A DNA stretch of 64,000 nucleotides from Coleofasciculus sp. B1-GNL1-01 (GTDB lineage Bacteria; Cyanobacteriota; Cyanobacteriia; Cyanobacteriales; Coleofasciculaceae), in assembly GCA_040220235.1 (NCBI GenBank), contig JAVJTO010000031.1; one strand, written 5' to 3'. Positions within the stretch are counted from its first letter, which is position 1; every line of letters starts with the position of its first letter. Positions 9,275 through 19,379 of this stretch are shown in pieces. The notes below the pieces were generated by a model that saw only the letters and a program-made list of their open reading frames with translations, had not been told where the DNA came from and did no database searches. The position numbers and the translations under genes are program-made.

Positions 9275-11997
9275 TATCGAGTCCTGAGTTTATTGCTAAA
9301 GGTAATTGTAAATTCAGTTCCGGAGTCACAATTGAGGTCTAAGGTGCCATCGATCTGATCCACTAATCCTAAAACCAGGGTTAATCCTAATGAAGTGGTT
9401 GTTTCAATATCAAAGGATTTGGGAATTCCTACACCGTTATCCTGGACAAGCAGGGTCAGCGAGTTATTATCCAGATTTCGTTTAAATTTAATCTTGATTT
9501 CTCCCTTCTGATCCTCTGGAAACGCATATTTTAGGGTATTCGACACCAATTCATTTAAAATTAAGCCACAGGGAATCGCTGTATCAATGGCGAGAGGAAT
9601 ATCCTCAACTTGATAGGAAATTCTCACTCGACTGGAACTGATGTTATAAGAATCAAATAAATGAGTGATTAAATCGGGAACATATTGGGCAAAATCAATC
9701 TGAGCTAAATTTTCAGACCGATATAACTTTTCATGCACCAGGGCAATCGAGGCAATGCGATTTTGACTATCTTGCAAGACTAACGCCACGTCTTCATCTT
9801 TAGTCCGCCGCGACTGCATTTGCAGCAGACTACTGACAATTTGCAAATTATTTTTAACCCGGTGATGAATTTCCTTGAGCAAGACCTCTTTTTCTTTTAG
9901 GGAGGCTTTAAGTTGATCTTGAGTTTGCTTTTGCACGGTAATATCTTGTTGAACAGCAACCATGACGGTGCCATAGTCGGGATGCTCAAAACGAGACGTC
10001 GTCGCTTGACACCAGAAAGGAGTACCATCTTTTTTTACATTATGAATTTTGTAGGTATATTCGCCATATTCCATAATTTTTTGAGAAATCAACTGTCGAA
10101 CTTGATCGGCGTCAATTCCATTATCTTTATAGTTGACAATCTTCACAGGTTGGTTGTTGAGTTCACCGGATTCATAACCAAACATCTGCTCAAACTTGGG
10201 ATTCGCATAAACGATTATGCCATCAGCCGCCCTAACCAAACAAATGCCTTCTGCCATGTTCCGAGTAATCACAGCCTGTAGTTTTAGATCTTTTTCTGTT
10301 TGTTTGCGAACTGTGATATCAGTAACTCGGACTAAATTAATCGCTGTATCTGCAAGATGAATTCGCTTGACCGCTAAGTTGCCCCAAAAGTGTTTCCCTT
10401 TTTTGGTAATATATTCGACTTCTTTACTCCAAACGCCGTACTGATTAATCGCTTGATTAATACTGGCTAACTCTTCTGGCGTAAATCGGGACTTTTGCAG
10501 AGTATGTCCTTCAATATTAATTAGTTCATCTTCGCTAGCCGCTTCAAACAAATCAACAGCCGGTTGATTACAGTCGATCGTCAGTCCCGTCTCTGGAGCA
10601 ACTAAGAATAGGGCATCAGTGGACTCATTAAAAATAGCTTCTTTTAGTTCTCGACTGCGACTTAGGGCTAACTCCGCTTGTTTGCGATCGCTAATATCCA
10701 CGAAATAACCCACAACCTCAATCGGTTCACCCCTTTCATCTCGAATTAACCTTCCTTCATCTAGCAGCCAGTGATAGGTTCCATCGGCGTGCAGGAAACG
10801 GTATTCAAAGGAATAATTTCCCTGATTTAATTTCCGGGGTAATTCCTGGAGAATCCAGTCAATATCCTCAGGATGAATATGATTTAACCATAAATCTGAC
10901 CCGTTCAAAAATTGCTCTGGGGTATAACCCAGAATAGTCGCGACATTTTCACTAATGTAAGTCAGCTTATAATTCGACTCAGGCTGAGTGCTAAAAATCA
11001 CCGCAGGGCTGGAGGTGAGGAGATATTGCAGATGTTGCTGATGTTGATGTAATCTCTCTTCTGTGGATTTGCGATCGCTAATATCTTGCATCTGGGCGAT
11101 AAAGTAGAGCGGTTGATCCTGAGAATCGCGAACCAAAGAACCACTTAACAGAATCCAGACGATCTGCCCCTGTTTGTGGATATAGCGTTTTTCCAGTTGA
11201 TAGAAGCGAATTTGACCCGCGAGTAACCGCTTCACCAAGGCGATATCGGCGGCTAAATCGTCAGGATGGGTAATCGCCTGAAAGGTTTTACTGAGTAATT
11301 CCAACTCCGAATAACCAGTCATCTGACACAGGCTGTGATTAACTTTCATGAAGCGCCCGTCTAAATCAACCAATGCCATGCCAATTCCGGCATAGTCAAA
11401 AGCATTACGGAATCGTTCTTCGCTTTCTTGGAGGGCGGCTTGCGCTTGGATTGATTGCCAACTTTGCGCCTCAAGTTGGCTAAGATTCTTAACAATGTGC
11501 AAAGCGCCTAGGATCTGTCCCCAGTCATCCCGGATACTGTGAAATGTAAGCTGGTACTGATTGCGATCGCGCTGACTATCGCCAAATTCCTGAATGACGG
11601 TAAACTCTTCACCCCGTAGCGCCCGCCCCCAAATATCCTGTGCGTTTGCTTGTTCATTCGGTAAATGGTTTAGGGCTTCTATCAAACTCGTACCGATGTC
11701 AATATCTCGCCCAAAAATATTAATAAATTCGGTTTTATACGCTCGATTAAAGGCAATATACCGCCAGTTCAAATCCAGCGCCGCCATCAGATCCGTGGTG
11801 TTCTCCAGAATCGCTTGCAATAGGAATAGATTGTCTGATTTGATCTCCCTCATGGCTGGAGGGTCAAGTCCTACACCTGGCACGGCGTCTGGGTTGAGCG
11901 CCAACAACTCCACCTCAGCCCGGTGTAAGCGATCGCGCAGATCCTGGATTTCTTGTTGGAGTTTTGCTTGAACTTGATTATTCATATCTTTACTCAA
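9274..11997 (-). CDS. Multi-PAS sensor histidine kinase (HisKA_2 type)
   Basis: About 5 PAS/PAC repeats, EKEVLLKEIHHRVKNNLQ, GLILNELVSN, DNGVG, SLGL. Confidence 0.9.
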   Translation of the reverse strand: MSKDMNNQVQAKLQQEIQDLRDRLHRAEVELLALNPDAVPGVGLDPPAMREIKSDNLFLLQAILENTTDLMAALDLNWRYIAFNRAYKTEFINIFGRDIDIGTSLIEALNHLPNEQANAQDIWGRALRGEEFTVIQEFGDSQRDRNQYQLTFHSIRDDWGQILGALHIVKNLSQLEAQSWQSIQAQAALQESEERFRNAFDYAGIGMALVDLDGRFMKVNHSLCQMTGYSELELLSKTFQAITHPDDLAADIALVKRLLAGQIRFYQLEKRYIHKQGQIVWILLSGSLVRDSQDQPLYFIAQMQDISDRKSTEERLHQHQQHLQYLLTSSPAVIFSTQPESNYKLTYISENVATILGYTPEQFLNGSDLWLNHIHPEDIDWILQELPRKLNQGNYSFEYRFLHADGTYHWLLDEGRLIRDERGEPIEVVGYFVDISDRKQAELALSRSRELKEAIFNESTDALFLVAPETGLTIDCNQPAVDLFEAASEDELINIEGHTLQKSRFTPEELASINQAINQYGVWSKEVEYITKKGKHFWGNLAVKRIHLADTAINLVRVTDITVRKQTEKDLKLQAVITRNMAEGICLVRAADGIIVYANPKFEQMFGYESGELNNQPVKIVNYKDNGIDADQVRQLISQKIMEYGEYTYKIHNVKKDGTPFWCQATTSRFEHPDYGTVMVAVQQDITVQKQTQDQLKASLKEKEVLLKEIHHRVKNNLQIVSSLLQMQSRRTKDEDVALVLQDSQNRIASIALVHEKLYRSENLAQIDFAQYVPDLITHLFDSYNISSSRVRISYQVEDIPLAIDTAIPCGLILNELVSNTLKYAFPEDQKGEIKIKFKRNLDNNSLTLLVQDNGVGIPKSFDIETTTSLGLTLVLGLVDQIDGTLDLNCDSGTEFTITFSNKLRTR

Positions 11998-12372
11998 CTG
12001 ACATAGACTTTTCCTGTTAACTTTTGTCTTTTGTTTGTTACAATAAAGTTGTATTTTTAACAGTAAAACTAGATTGACACGCTTAATCTAGCAAATGGCT
12101 TAATCAGTACAACTAAAAAGTAATAAAATTTAACTTTGTGTACGGGCTAATAATAAATAACTCAAAAAAAAGTCAAAATTGCTTAACCTTAAAATGTAAA
12201 ATTTTCGTGAATATATCATGGGGAAATAAGGTACCATTTAGCTATCAATTGAGAAACTGCCCTAGCCAGGTGAGTCAGGTGAGTAGAGACTCCTCCGGTG
12301 GAACCTCTGAGAGGTTGTCATCCCTTCAGACTGTCTATATAGTCAAAGCAAAGGATGCAAGATGATTCAACC

Positions 12373-13071
12373 ATGACACAGCCAATCGATCTCTACTATG
12401 GACCCACACCCAACGGCTGGAAAGTCAGCATTATGCTGGAGGAAACGGAAACCCCCTACAATCTCATCCCGGTAGACATCACCGCCGGGGATCAGTTCAA
12501 GCCAGACTTTCTCGCCATCAGTCCCAACAATAAAATGCCTGCGATTGTTGACCCCCAAGGAATTGAGGGTCAACCCCTATCCCTATTCGAGTCCGGTGCA
12601 ATTCTGCTGTATCTCGCCGAAAAAACCGGACAATTCATTCCCAAACAGCCACGCGATCGCTATGCTGTCATTCAGTGGTTAATGTTCCAAATGGGAGGCG
12701 TCGGACCCATGCTGGGACAAACGCACCACTTCCGCCAATATGCACCGGAAAAAATCCCGTATGCGATTAATCGCTACACCAATGAAGCCACTCGTTTGTA
12801 TCGCGTTATTGATAAACAACTCTCCCAAGTTGAGTACATTGCTGGTGACTATTCCATTGCAGATATAGCAATCTTTCCCTGGATTATTTCCCACGAAAAA
12901 CAGGGACAAAACTTAGCCGATTATCCCCATCTTCAGCGATGGTTTGAGGCAATTAACCAGCGACCTGCGGTACAGCGTGGTTTAGCACTTTTAAGTGAAA
13001 AACGAGTCAGCAACATGGATGAAAAAGCACGAGAAGCCTTATTTGGTTCCCGCCAATTAGATCAGCGATGA
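12373..13071 (+). CDS. Glutathione S-transferase (YfcG/YghU-like)
   Basis: TPNGWKVSIMLEE, SPNNKMPAI, FESGAILLYLAEK, YSIADIAIFPW. Confidence 0.9.
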   Translation: MTQPIDLYYGPTPNGWKVSIMLEETETPYNLIPVDITAGDQFKPDFLAISPNNKMPAIVDPQGIEGQPLSLFESGAILLYLAEKTGQFIPKQPRDRYAVIQWLMFQMGGVGPMLGQTHHFRQYAPEKIPYAINRYTNEATRLYRVIDKQLSQVEYIAGDYSIADIAIFPWIISHEKQGQNLADYPHLQRWFEAINQRPAVQRGLALLSEKRVSNMDEKAREALFGSRQLDQR

Positions 13072-13131
13072 TTTTTCATTGGTCATTTGTCATTGGTCAT
13101 TTGTCCTTCGTTATTCCAGAATAATTAATTA

Positions 13132-13231
13132 TTGTAGTGCGTTAAGCGAAGCCATGCCGCAGGCTTTGCATCTTGCTCGCTACTAACACGAACACGAACA
13201 CGAATACGAATACGAATACGAATACGAATAC
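13132..13231. repeat. Dispersed 55-bp element (identical copy at 42883-42937) followed by hexamer array (AACACG)3(AATACG)4
   Basis: Direct sequence comparison; a partial inverted copy lies at ~2161-2200. Confidence 0.85.
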
Positions 13232-13308
13232 CAATTTTTAATACATAATAGTAGGTTGAGTTGACGAAGGAAACCCAACTAAATTAGTAAAGGAGAGCCG
13301 CTTTTATC

Positions 13309-13944
13309 ATGGCATATAGTAATTTTACCTTAGCTAAAGTCAAAGAAGATTTTGGCTTAACCGTTGATGAAACACAAAACCTGTTCGCGGATATTCCAGG
13401 CGTACAACCCTCAGAACTGTTAACGCTCACGTTAGCTGAGTATATCCCTCTAGCAACAGCAATTGATACCGAAAAAGCCCGTTCTGAATTTATTCTTGCT
13501 CCAGTTTTATCAGAAGTTAGGCGACAGGTGAACTATCAAGTCAGTTTATTCTCTGGCACAGATTTCAATGTCGATATCGAGAAAGGATTGCAAAGCTATT
13601 GTGACTTTATTCTGAGTTGTTCAGCCGAACAATTTTATATTAACGCTCCAGTGATTACGATTGCCGAAGCCAAAAATGAAAAAATACCATTAGGATTTGG
13701 TCAATGTATTGCCGAAATGGTCGCCGCCCAAATATTTAATCAAAGCGCCGGAAATAAAATTGATAAAATTTATGGTGCTGTAACAACAGGGACAGCTTGG
13801 CGGTTTTTGGTCTTAGAGGAACGTACCGTATTGATTGATCAGTTAGAATACTATATTAAGGAAGTTGATAAGATTTTGGCAATCCTCTTACAACCCCTTC
13901 AAGCTTATTTGCCCAAAAGCACCGGAGAGAATGAGATATGTTAA
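13309..13944 (+). CDS. Conserved cyanobacterial protein, PD-(D/E)xK nuclease-like
   Basis: TEKARSEFILAP, CDFIL...EAK, GQCIAEMVAA and YGAVTTGTAWRFL motifs. Confidence 0.65.
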   Translation: MAYSNFTLAKVKEDFGLTVDETQNLFADIPGVQPSELLTLTLAEYIPLATAIDTEKARSEFILAPVLSEVRRQVNYQVSLFSGTDFNVDIEKGLQSYCDFILSCSAEQFYINAPVITIAEAKNEKIPLGFGQCIAEMVAAQIFNQSAGNKIDKIYGAVTTGTAWRFLVLEERTVLIDQLEYYIKEVDKILAILLQPLQAYLPKSTGENEIC

Positions 13945-15077
13945 AAAATCTGACTATAAATAATTTTCGCTGTTTCAAACATTTTGAGCTTCAGCAGCTT
14001 GGCAGAGTTAACTTACTTGTTGGCAAAAACAACAGTGGTAAGACATCAATACTAGAAGCAATTCAACTTCTCTGCTCCAAGGGTAATCCTGAACCATTAC
14101 TTGACGCAATGACTAACAGAGGTGAATACTTTTGGAGTGATGAGAGTAGAAGAAGCGGAAGAGATCGGCAACTTGATATCTGTCATCTTTTTCACGGTCA
14201 TGAAATTGAATCAGGTAGTGAATTTTCCATAGTGGGTTTAAATGATGATTTTCAAAATAAACTTTCCGTATCTATAGGCAAACGACCGATTGCTTCCAGT
14301 GCAAATTCAGAGATTGAATCTGATAAATCTACCAGTTTCGTTGAAGATTTTCCAGATAATTTAATAGAACTTGTTTTTAACATTTCTTGGACTGATGGCA
14401 ATCATCGAGAGGGGTTGAAACGCACTTTGTCTGCTAATGGAGGACTATCTGAAGATTATATTCGTCGATGGCGAGTTATAGGTAAGCCATCAAAAAATGC
14501 AGCAAAAAATCAATATATTACATCATCATCTTTAACAACTACAAACATGACTGAGTTGTTTGAGCAGGTCGTCTTGACACCAGAGGAAACGCTTGTATAT
14601 CAAGCACTTCAGACGATTGAACCTAAAATTCAGCGCCTTGCTTCTATTACGTCTGGAAGCCGCAGAACTTCAGAGTCTCGTGGTGGATTTGTCGTGCGTC
14701 TTGCTGACAATGATCAGCGTGTTCCGATTGGCAGTATGGGGGATGGAATATGGCGGATGTTGGGTCTAGCATTATCAACGGTATCTGCTAAAGGTGGAGT
14801 ATTGCTAGTTGATGAAATTGATACCGGACTTCATTTCACCGCGATGGAAGATATGTGGAAACTTCTTTTGGAAACAGCCAAAAAACTCAATGTCCAAGTT
14901 TTCGCGACGACTCATAATAGTGATTGTTGGACTAGCTTGGCTAGCATTGCCAGTCAGGAACAAGACACTGAGGATGGAATTACAATTCAACGAATAGAAC
15001 CAGGGAAAGAAACAGGTGTCGTTTTCACGGAACGTGAGATGGTCATTGCGGCTCAACGAGGGATTGAGGTACGTTAG
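13938..15077 (+). CDS. ABC-type ATPase (AAA_15/AAA_21-like)
   Basis: NFRCF N-terminus, Walker A GKNNSGKTS, signature MGDG, Walker B LLVDEIDTGLH, H-loop ATTHN. Confidence 0.85.
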   Translation: MLKNLTINNFRCFKHFELQQLGRVNLLVGKNNSGKTSILEAIQLLCSKGNPEPLLDAMTNRGEYFWSDESRRSGRDRQLDICHLFHGHEIESGSEFSIVGLNDDFQNKLSVSIGKRPIASSANSEIESDKSTSFVEDFPDNLIELVFNISWTDGNHREGLKRTLSANGGLSEDYIRRWRVIGKPSKNAAKNQYITSSSLTTTNMTELFEQVVLTPEETLVYQALQTIEPKIQRLASITSGSRRTSESRGGFVVRLADNDQRVPIGSMGDGIWRMLGLALSTVSAKGGVLLVDEIDTGLHFTAMEDMWKLLLETAKKLNVQVFATTHNSDCWTSLASIASQEQDTEDGITIQRIEPGKETGVVFTEREMVIAAQRGIEVR

Positions 15078-15079
15078 AA

Positions 15080-15730
15080 ATGGCAAGCAAGTATTATTCT
15101 AAGAAGCTGATTGTAGAGGGAGATCAGGATAAACGAGTTATACCAGAACTCATTGAAGCGAATGGAATTCCTTGGCTAAAAAGAGAGATAGGGAAAAAAG
15201 TTCCTTACATCGAATCCTTTGGAAGTGACGAATTTATTGATGCAGATATAATCTCCACAGAACTGAAAGCGTCAGGATTGACAGCATTAGGATTAATCGT
15301 GGATGCAGATCATGATTTATCGGCACGCTGGACAAGTATCAGAAACGCCTGCTTAAAAAGTATTCCTGACTTTCCGGAACAATTACCAGAAACTGGATTA
15401 ATCTATAGTATCGGTGGAATCAAGTTTGGCGTCTGGATTATGCCCGATAACCAAAAGTGCGGAATATTGGAGACATTTTTAGCCTACATGATACCCGATG
15501 AGAATGAACCATTTTGGCAATACGCTCAAGAAGTCGTCACAGAAGCCAAACATAGAGGCGCACCCTTTATAGATGCTCATTTGGATAAAGCGAATATTTA
15601 CACCTGGTTAGCATGGCAAAATCCACCCGGACGACAATTGCATAACGCTATCATGGAGCGTATTTTGAATCCCCAACATCCCCAAGCTCAACCGTTTATG
15701 ACTTGGTTTAAGAACTTGTACGATCTATAA
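15080..15730 (+). CDS. DUF3226-like TOPRIM-fold protein
   Basis: LIVEGDQD, GLIVDAD, GVWIMPDN..GILETFL and DKANIYTWLAWQ motifs; coupled to the ATPase. Confidence 0.75.
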   Translation: MASKYYSKKLIVEGDQDKRVIPELIEANGIPWLKREIGKKVPYIESFGSDEFIDADIISTELKASGLTALGLIVDADHDLSARWTSIRNACLKSIPDFPEQLPETGLIYSIGGIKFGVWIMPDNQKCGILETFLAYMIPDENEPFWQYAQEVVTEAKHRGAPFIDAHLDKANIYTWLAWQNPPGRQLHNAIMERILNPQHPQAQPFMTWFKNLYDL

Positions 15731-15796
15731 TTTGACAAGTTTCCAGAATTAATCATTAAAAATTATAGACATCTGAGATGTTACTGTCTGAATTTT

Positions 15797-16009
15797 TCAC
15801 TCAACATACTTTTTCACAATAAACGATACATCCTCTTGATGGGAATGTCTCAACTCTTGAGCTTTATTGATAGCAGCTTTCATGTCATCATAAGGACCTG
15901 CCCAGAGGTAAGACCTCATTAATTGATCATCACCAGCCAGTGACCCATAAACCGTATAATAAACCCCATAAAGCGTATTTTGATCCAAGTCGATAACTTT
16001 CCTAAGCAT
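15797..16009 (-). CDS. Small hypothetical protein
   Basis: ATG ORF of 70 aa with GAGGA upstream and protein-like composition. Confidence 0.55.
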   Translation of the reverse strand: MLRKVIDLDQNTLYGVYYTVYGSLAGDDQLMRSYLWAGPYDDMKAAINKAQELRHSHQEDVSFIVKKYVE

Positions 16010-16237
16010 AAGAGTTCCTCGATTAGACTTTCAAACGAAATCGAATCGTAGTTTGCTGGATAAGACTGTATGATGCCTAACAGCGTAAAGTCAAATGTAG
16101 TGCTGCTGATTCCCCCGATAGACTTATCTGACTGTTTGTAGTCAGCGCTGTCTTCGCTTCTGGCACGCTTCGTGCCTACTACAAAACCAACTGCGCCAAT
16201 TCCTTTTAAACTAAGATGAGAATTCCCCCATCCCATC

Positions 16238-17545
16238 ATGTCCCCAACCATTGCCTTAATTGCCCACGATCGCAAAAAAGACGATATTGCTAACTTTGCT
16301 AAACAATACACCCCCATCCTCTCCCGTTACCGCTTAATCGCCACCGGAACCACCGGACAACGCATTCATGACCGAAGTAAGTTAGAGGTTGAGTGTCTCT
16401 TGTCGGGTCCTTTGGGCGGAGATGCCCAAATCGCGGCGGAAGTGGCGACAGGTCAGGTGATTGCGGTGATTTTCTTCATCGATCCCCTTTACGCTCAACC
16501 CCATGAACCGGACATTCAGGCATTGTTACGCATCTGTAATGTTCACAATGTCCCTCTGGCTACTAATCTTGCCACGGCGGAAGCCATTATCGCCAATTTT
16601 GCCAAAAATCGCTTCGCTTACCTGATTTTTAACCCCGTTTCGGGTCAAGGCAACGCTGAGAAGGATTTAACGCTGATTCAGCAGCTTTTAAAACCCCAAT
16701 TGCATCTCGATATTCACCTAACGACGCCCGATCGCTCTTCAGCAGAGTTGGCGCAAGAGGCGATCGCATCCGGTGCAGATCTGATTATCGCCTCCGGTGG
16801 AGATGGCACCGTTTCGGCTGTCGCGGGTGCTTTGATTGGTAGCCAGATTCCCTTGGGGATCATCGCCAGAGGCACAGCTAATGCGTTTGCGGTAGCGTTA
16901 GGGATTCCCACAACACTTCGCGCCGCCTGTGAACTGATTTTATCAGGCATTACACGGGTCGTTGATGCCGCACAGTGCAATCAGCATCCGATGATTTTGC
17001 TGACAGGGATTGGCTTTGAAGCCGAAACCGTAGAACGCGCTGATCGAGAGACGAAAAAACGCCTAGGCGTCTTAGCCTATATTTTGGCAGGGATGCAGCA
17101 ACTCAATGAACATAATGTATTTGAGGCAGAATTGGAGATTGCTGGGATTACCAGTCAATGCCAAGCCGCCGCCATCACCATCGCCAATGCAGCACCACCC
17201 ACCTCTCTAATGGCACAGGGAATGGGACAAGTCATTGCCAATGATGGGTTATTGGAAGTCACGATTAACACCCAAAACACCAAAATCGAAGCCATGGATG
17301 CGATCGTGGATTTACTCGGTGCAGCATTAATGCGGAGAGCCGCCCGTCGAGAGGATACAATTTGTTTACGGACGGGACAAATTAAGGTCAACACCAATCC
17401 TCCCCAAAAAGTGGTTGTTGATGGGGAAATTATCGGCACCACTCCAGTCACGATTGAATGTATTCCCCAGGGATTAACGGTAATTGCTCCCCTAGACGTG
17501 TCCAAGCCTGCCGATGAACAACCACCTGTTAGCGAACCAGAGTGA
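16238..17545 (+). CDS. mgsA: Methylglyoxal synthase fused to a DAG-kinase-like (YegS/BmrU) domain
   Basis: IALIAHD, ATGTTG, SGPLGGDAQI, QPHEPDI; then NPVSG, GGDGTV, GTANAFA. Confidence 0.9.
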   Translation: MSPTIALIAHDRKKDDIANFAKQYTPILSRYRLIATGTTGQRIHDRSKLEVECLLSGPLGGDAQIAAEVATGQVIAVIFFIDPLYAQPHEPDIQALLRICNVHNVPLATNLATAEAIIANFAKNRFAYLIFNPVSGQGNAEKDLTLIQQLLKPQLHLDIHLTTPDRSSAELAQEAIASGADLIIASGGDGTVSAVAGALIGSQIPLGIIARGTANAFAVALGIPTTLRAACELILSGITRVVDAAQCNQHPMILLTGIGFEAETVERADRETKKRLGVLAYILAGMQQLNEHNVFEAELEIAGITSQCQAAAITIANAAPPTSLMAQGMGQVIANDGLLEVTINTQNTKIEAMDAIVDLLGAALMRRAARREDTICLRTGQIKVNTNPPQKVVVDGEIIGTTPVTIECIPQGLTVIAPLDVSKPADEQPPVSEPE

Positions 17546-17561
17546 ATACTAGGAGTTACTG

Positions 17562-17906
17562 ATGAGTAATCAGCATGATCTCGATCAACGCAAACTTTTA
17601 TCAGCGCTATGCCATGGCTCGATATTGTTGAGTTCAGCAATTTTATCGGTTGCGATCCCGATTGTGATTTTGTTGGTGACGGATGATCCGATTGTTAAGG
17701 CAAATGCTAAAGAATCTCTAAATTTTTACATTAATCTCTATATCTATGCTTTTATTTTTGTCCTGCTAATCGCTGTCGTAATTGGCATCCCCTTACTGAT
17801 TCTGTTAGGTTTGGTCAGTCTAATCATGCCGATTATTGCTGTGATCAAGGTTCTGGATGATCCCAACCAACCCTACCGCTATCCGTTTATTTTCCGCTTG
17901 GTGTAG
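17562..17906 (+). CDS. DUF4870-like membrane protein
   Basis: LSALCH...NAKESLNF...YRYPFIFRL. Confidence 0.8.
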   Translation: MSNQHDLDQRKLLSALCHGSILLSSAILSVAIPIVILLVTDDPIVKANAKESLNFYINLYIYAFIFVLLIAVVIGIPLLILLGLVSLIMPIIAVIKVLDDPNQPYRYPFIFRLV

Positions 17907-18656
17907 GTGATGACGACTGGGAAACCGCTTTGGCATCCTCAACCCTCTAGTTTAGTCCTCTCCACCCAGGAGATCCATGTCTGGCGGGCTGATCTCAATC
18001 AACCGATCGCCCAAATTGAGAGATTCGCACAACTCCTTTCCCCGGATGAACAGCAACGGGCAAAGCGATTCTACTTTGAGCGCGATCGCAACCATTTTAT
18101 TGCAGGTCGGGGGATTTTACGAACAATTTTGAGTCGCTATTTAAATCAACCGCCCGATCAAATCCAGTTTGACTATAGTCCCCGTGGCAAACCCACCCTT
18201 AAAACTATCAACTCCGATAAAACACTAGGTTTTAATCTGTCTCATTCTCATGGATTAGCCTTATATGCTCTATCCTCAACCCTTCAACTGGGGATCGATC
18301 TCGAATATCGGCGTCCGATGCCTGATGCAGAGAAACTCGCACAACGTTTCTTTACGTCGAGAGAATATGCAGCAATTCGGACTTTGACTGGGGATCAGCA
18401 ACAACTCGCCTTTTTCAACGGTTGGACACGCAAAGAAGCCTATTTAAAAGCAACTGGTGATGGGTTAGCCAAATTGTCAGACATTGAAGTCTCTCTGATG
18501 CCAGGAGAAGCGGCTAAATTGCTGAGTATTGCGGGAGACTCTAATGCGGCGTCTCATTGGTCACTTTTTCCCCTGATCCCAGCATCCGATTATGTGGCGG
18601 CTGTTGCCGTATTCGGGCAGAATTGGCAAATCAAGTGTATTGAGTTTGAACATTAA
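17907..18656 (+). CDS. Sfp/HetI-type 4'-phosphopantetheinyl transferase
   Basis: GKP, FNLSHS, LGIDLE, WTRKEAYLKATGDGL. Confidence 0.92.
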   Translation: MMTTGKPLWHPQPSSLVLSTQEIHVWRADLNQPIAQIERFAQLLSPDEQQRAKRFYFERDRNHFIAGRGILRTILSRYLNQPPDQIQFDYSPRGKPTLKTINSDKTLGFNLSHSHGLALYALSSTLQLGIDLEYRRPMPDAEKLAQRFFTSREYAAIRTLTGDQQQLAFFNGWTRKEAYLKATGDGLAKLSDIEVSLMPGEAAKLLSIAGDSNAASHWSLFPLIPASDYVAAVAVFGQNWQIKCIEFEH

Positions 18657-18695
18657 GTTCCTGAACAAAGTATTAGACTAAACTTTCAGAATTTA

Positions 18696-18753
18696 ACCAA
18701 TGACCAATGACCAATGACCAATGACCAATGACCAATGACCAATGACCAATGAC
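18696..18753. repeat. STRR-type heptamer array (TGACCAA)7+
   Basis: Directly visible between convergent genes. Confidence 0.95.
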
Positions 18754-18996
18754 TTAAACTACTTCGACGCGATCGCCGATTGTTTGACCAAACAGCGAAT
18801 CTTGCTCAACTTGTGGCGGATGAGGTGGAGCTACGAGAATGACAGAATGATGTTGAGAGATGATAACCTCTGGATCAAAAATAAATTCACTATAGTCAGC
18901 CAAATCATCTAATCCCAACATATTTAAGACAATCTCAGATAAAACCCAAGTCGTCACTTTGAAACATGCCTTTTTCCACTGCTTATGCCTATTCAT
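18754..18996 (-). CDS. Small conserved-looking hypothetical protein
   Basis: WVLSEIVLNMLGLDDLADYSEFIF core; AGGAG upstream of ATG 18996. Confidence 0.6.
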   Translation of the reverse strand: MNRHKQWKKACFKVTTWVLSEIVLNMLGLDDLADYSEFIFDPEVIISQHHSVILVAPPHPPQVEQDSLFGQTIGDRVEVV

Positions 18997-19379
18997 CTGT
19001 TTTAGGCTCCTGCGATCGGTGGTTGAGGTTTTGCCTTCCTGTCTCGAATATTGCTGTTTCGAGCGGTACAATCCCGGTGAGCGGCTCAATCCCTACTGGA
19101 TACATTCAGAGCGATTACCTGGATTTCAGCAATCTTTACAAAAACTTGTCCAGAACTTACGCATTTCTTTATCTTGATTGTGTTGAAGGCTACACATCTT
19201 GACTACACCCCGTTTCCTGCGTTAGTTCCTTGTTGATGCCAAGCCCTAAATACTCACAACTTGGCTTTCATTCAATACCCTAACTAAAGTTATGTAAAGC
19301 ATCACACCGTCAACCGGGTGCTTTAAGTAAAGTTTTGATGAAAATTTAGCGTGGGGAGATAAAAATCAGCAATACCCTG

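Noticed and set aside
17907..18656. PPTase as a marker of an NRPS/PKS cluster
   Set aside because: No carrier-protein or synthase genes nearby; a stand-alone Sfp-type PPTase is normal in cyanobacteria
18696..18753. Possible CRISPR array (also 13185-13231, 33490-33545, 45772-45970)
   Set aside because: Contiguous 6-9-nt tandem units with no unique spacers, and no cas genes in the window
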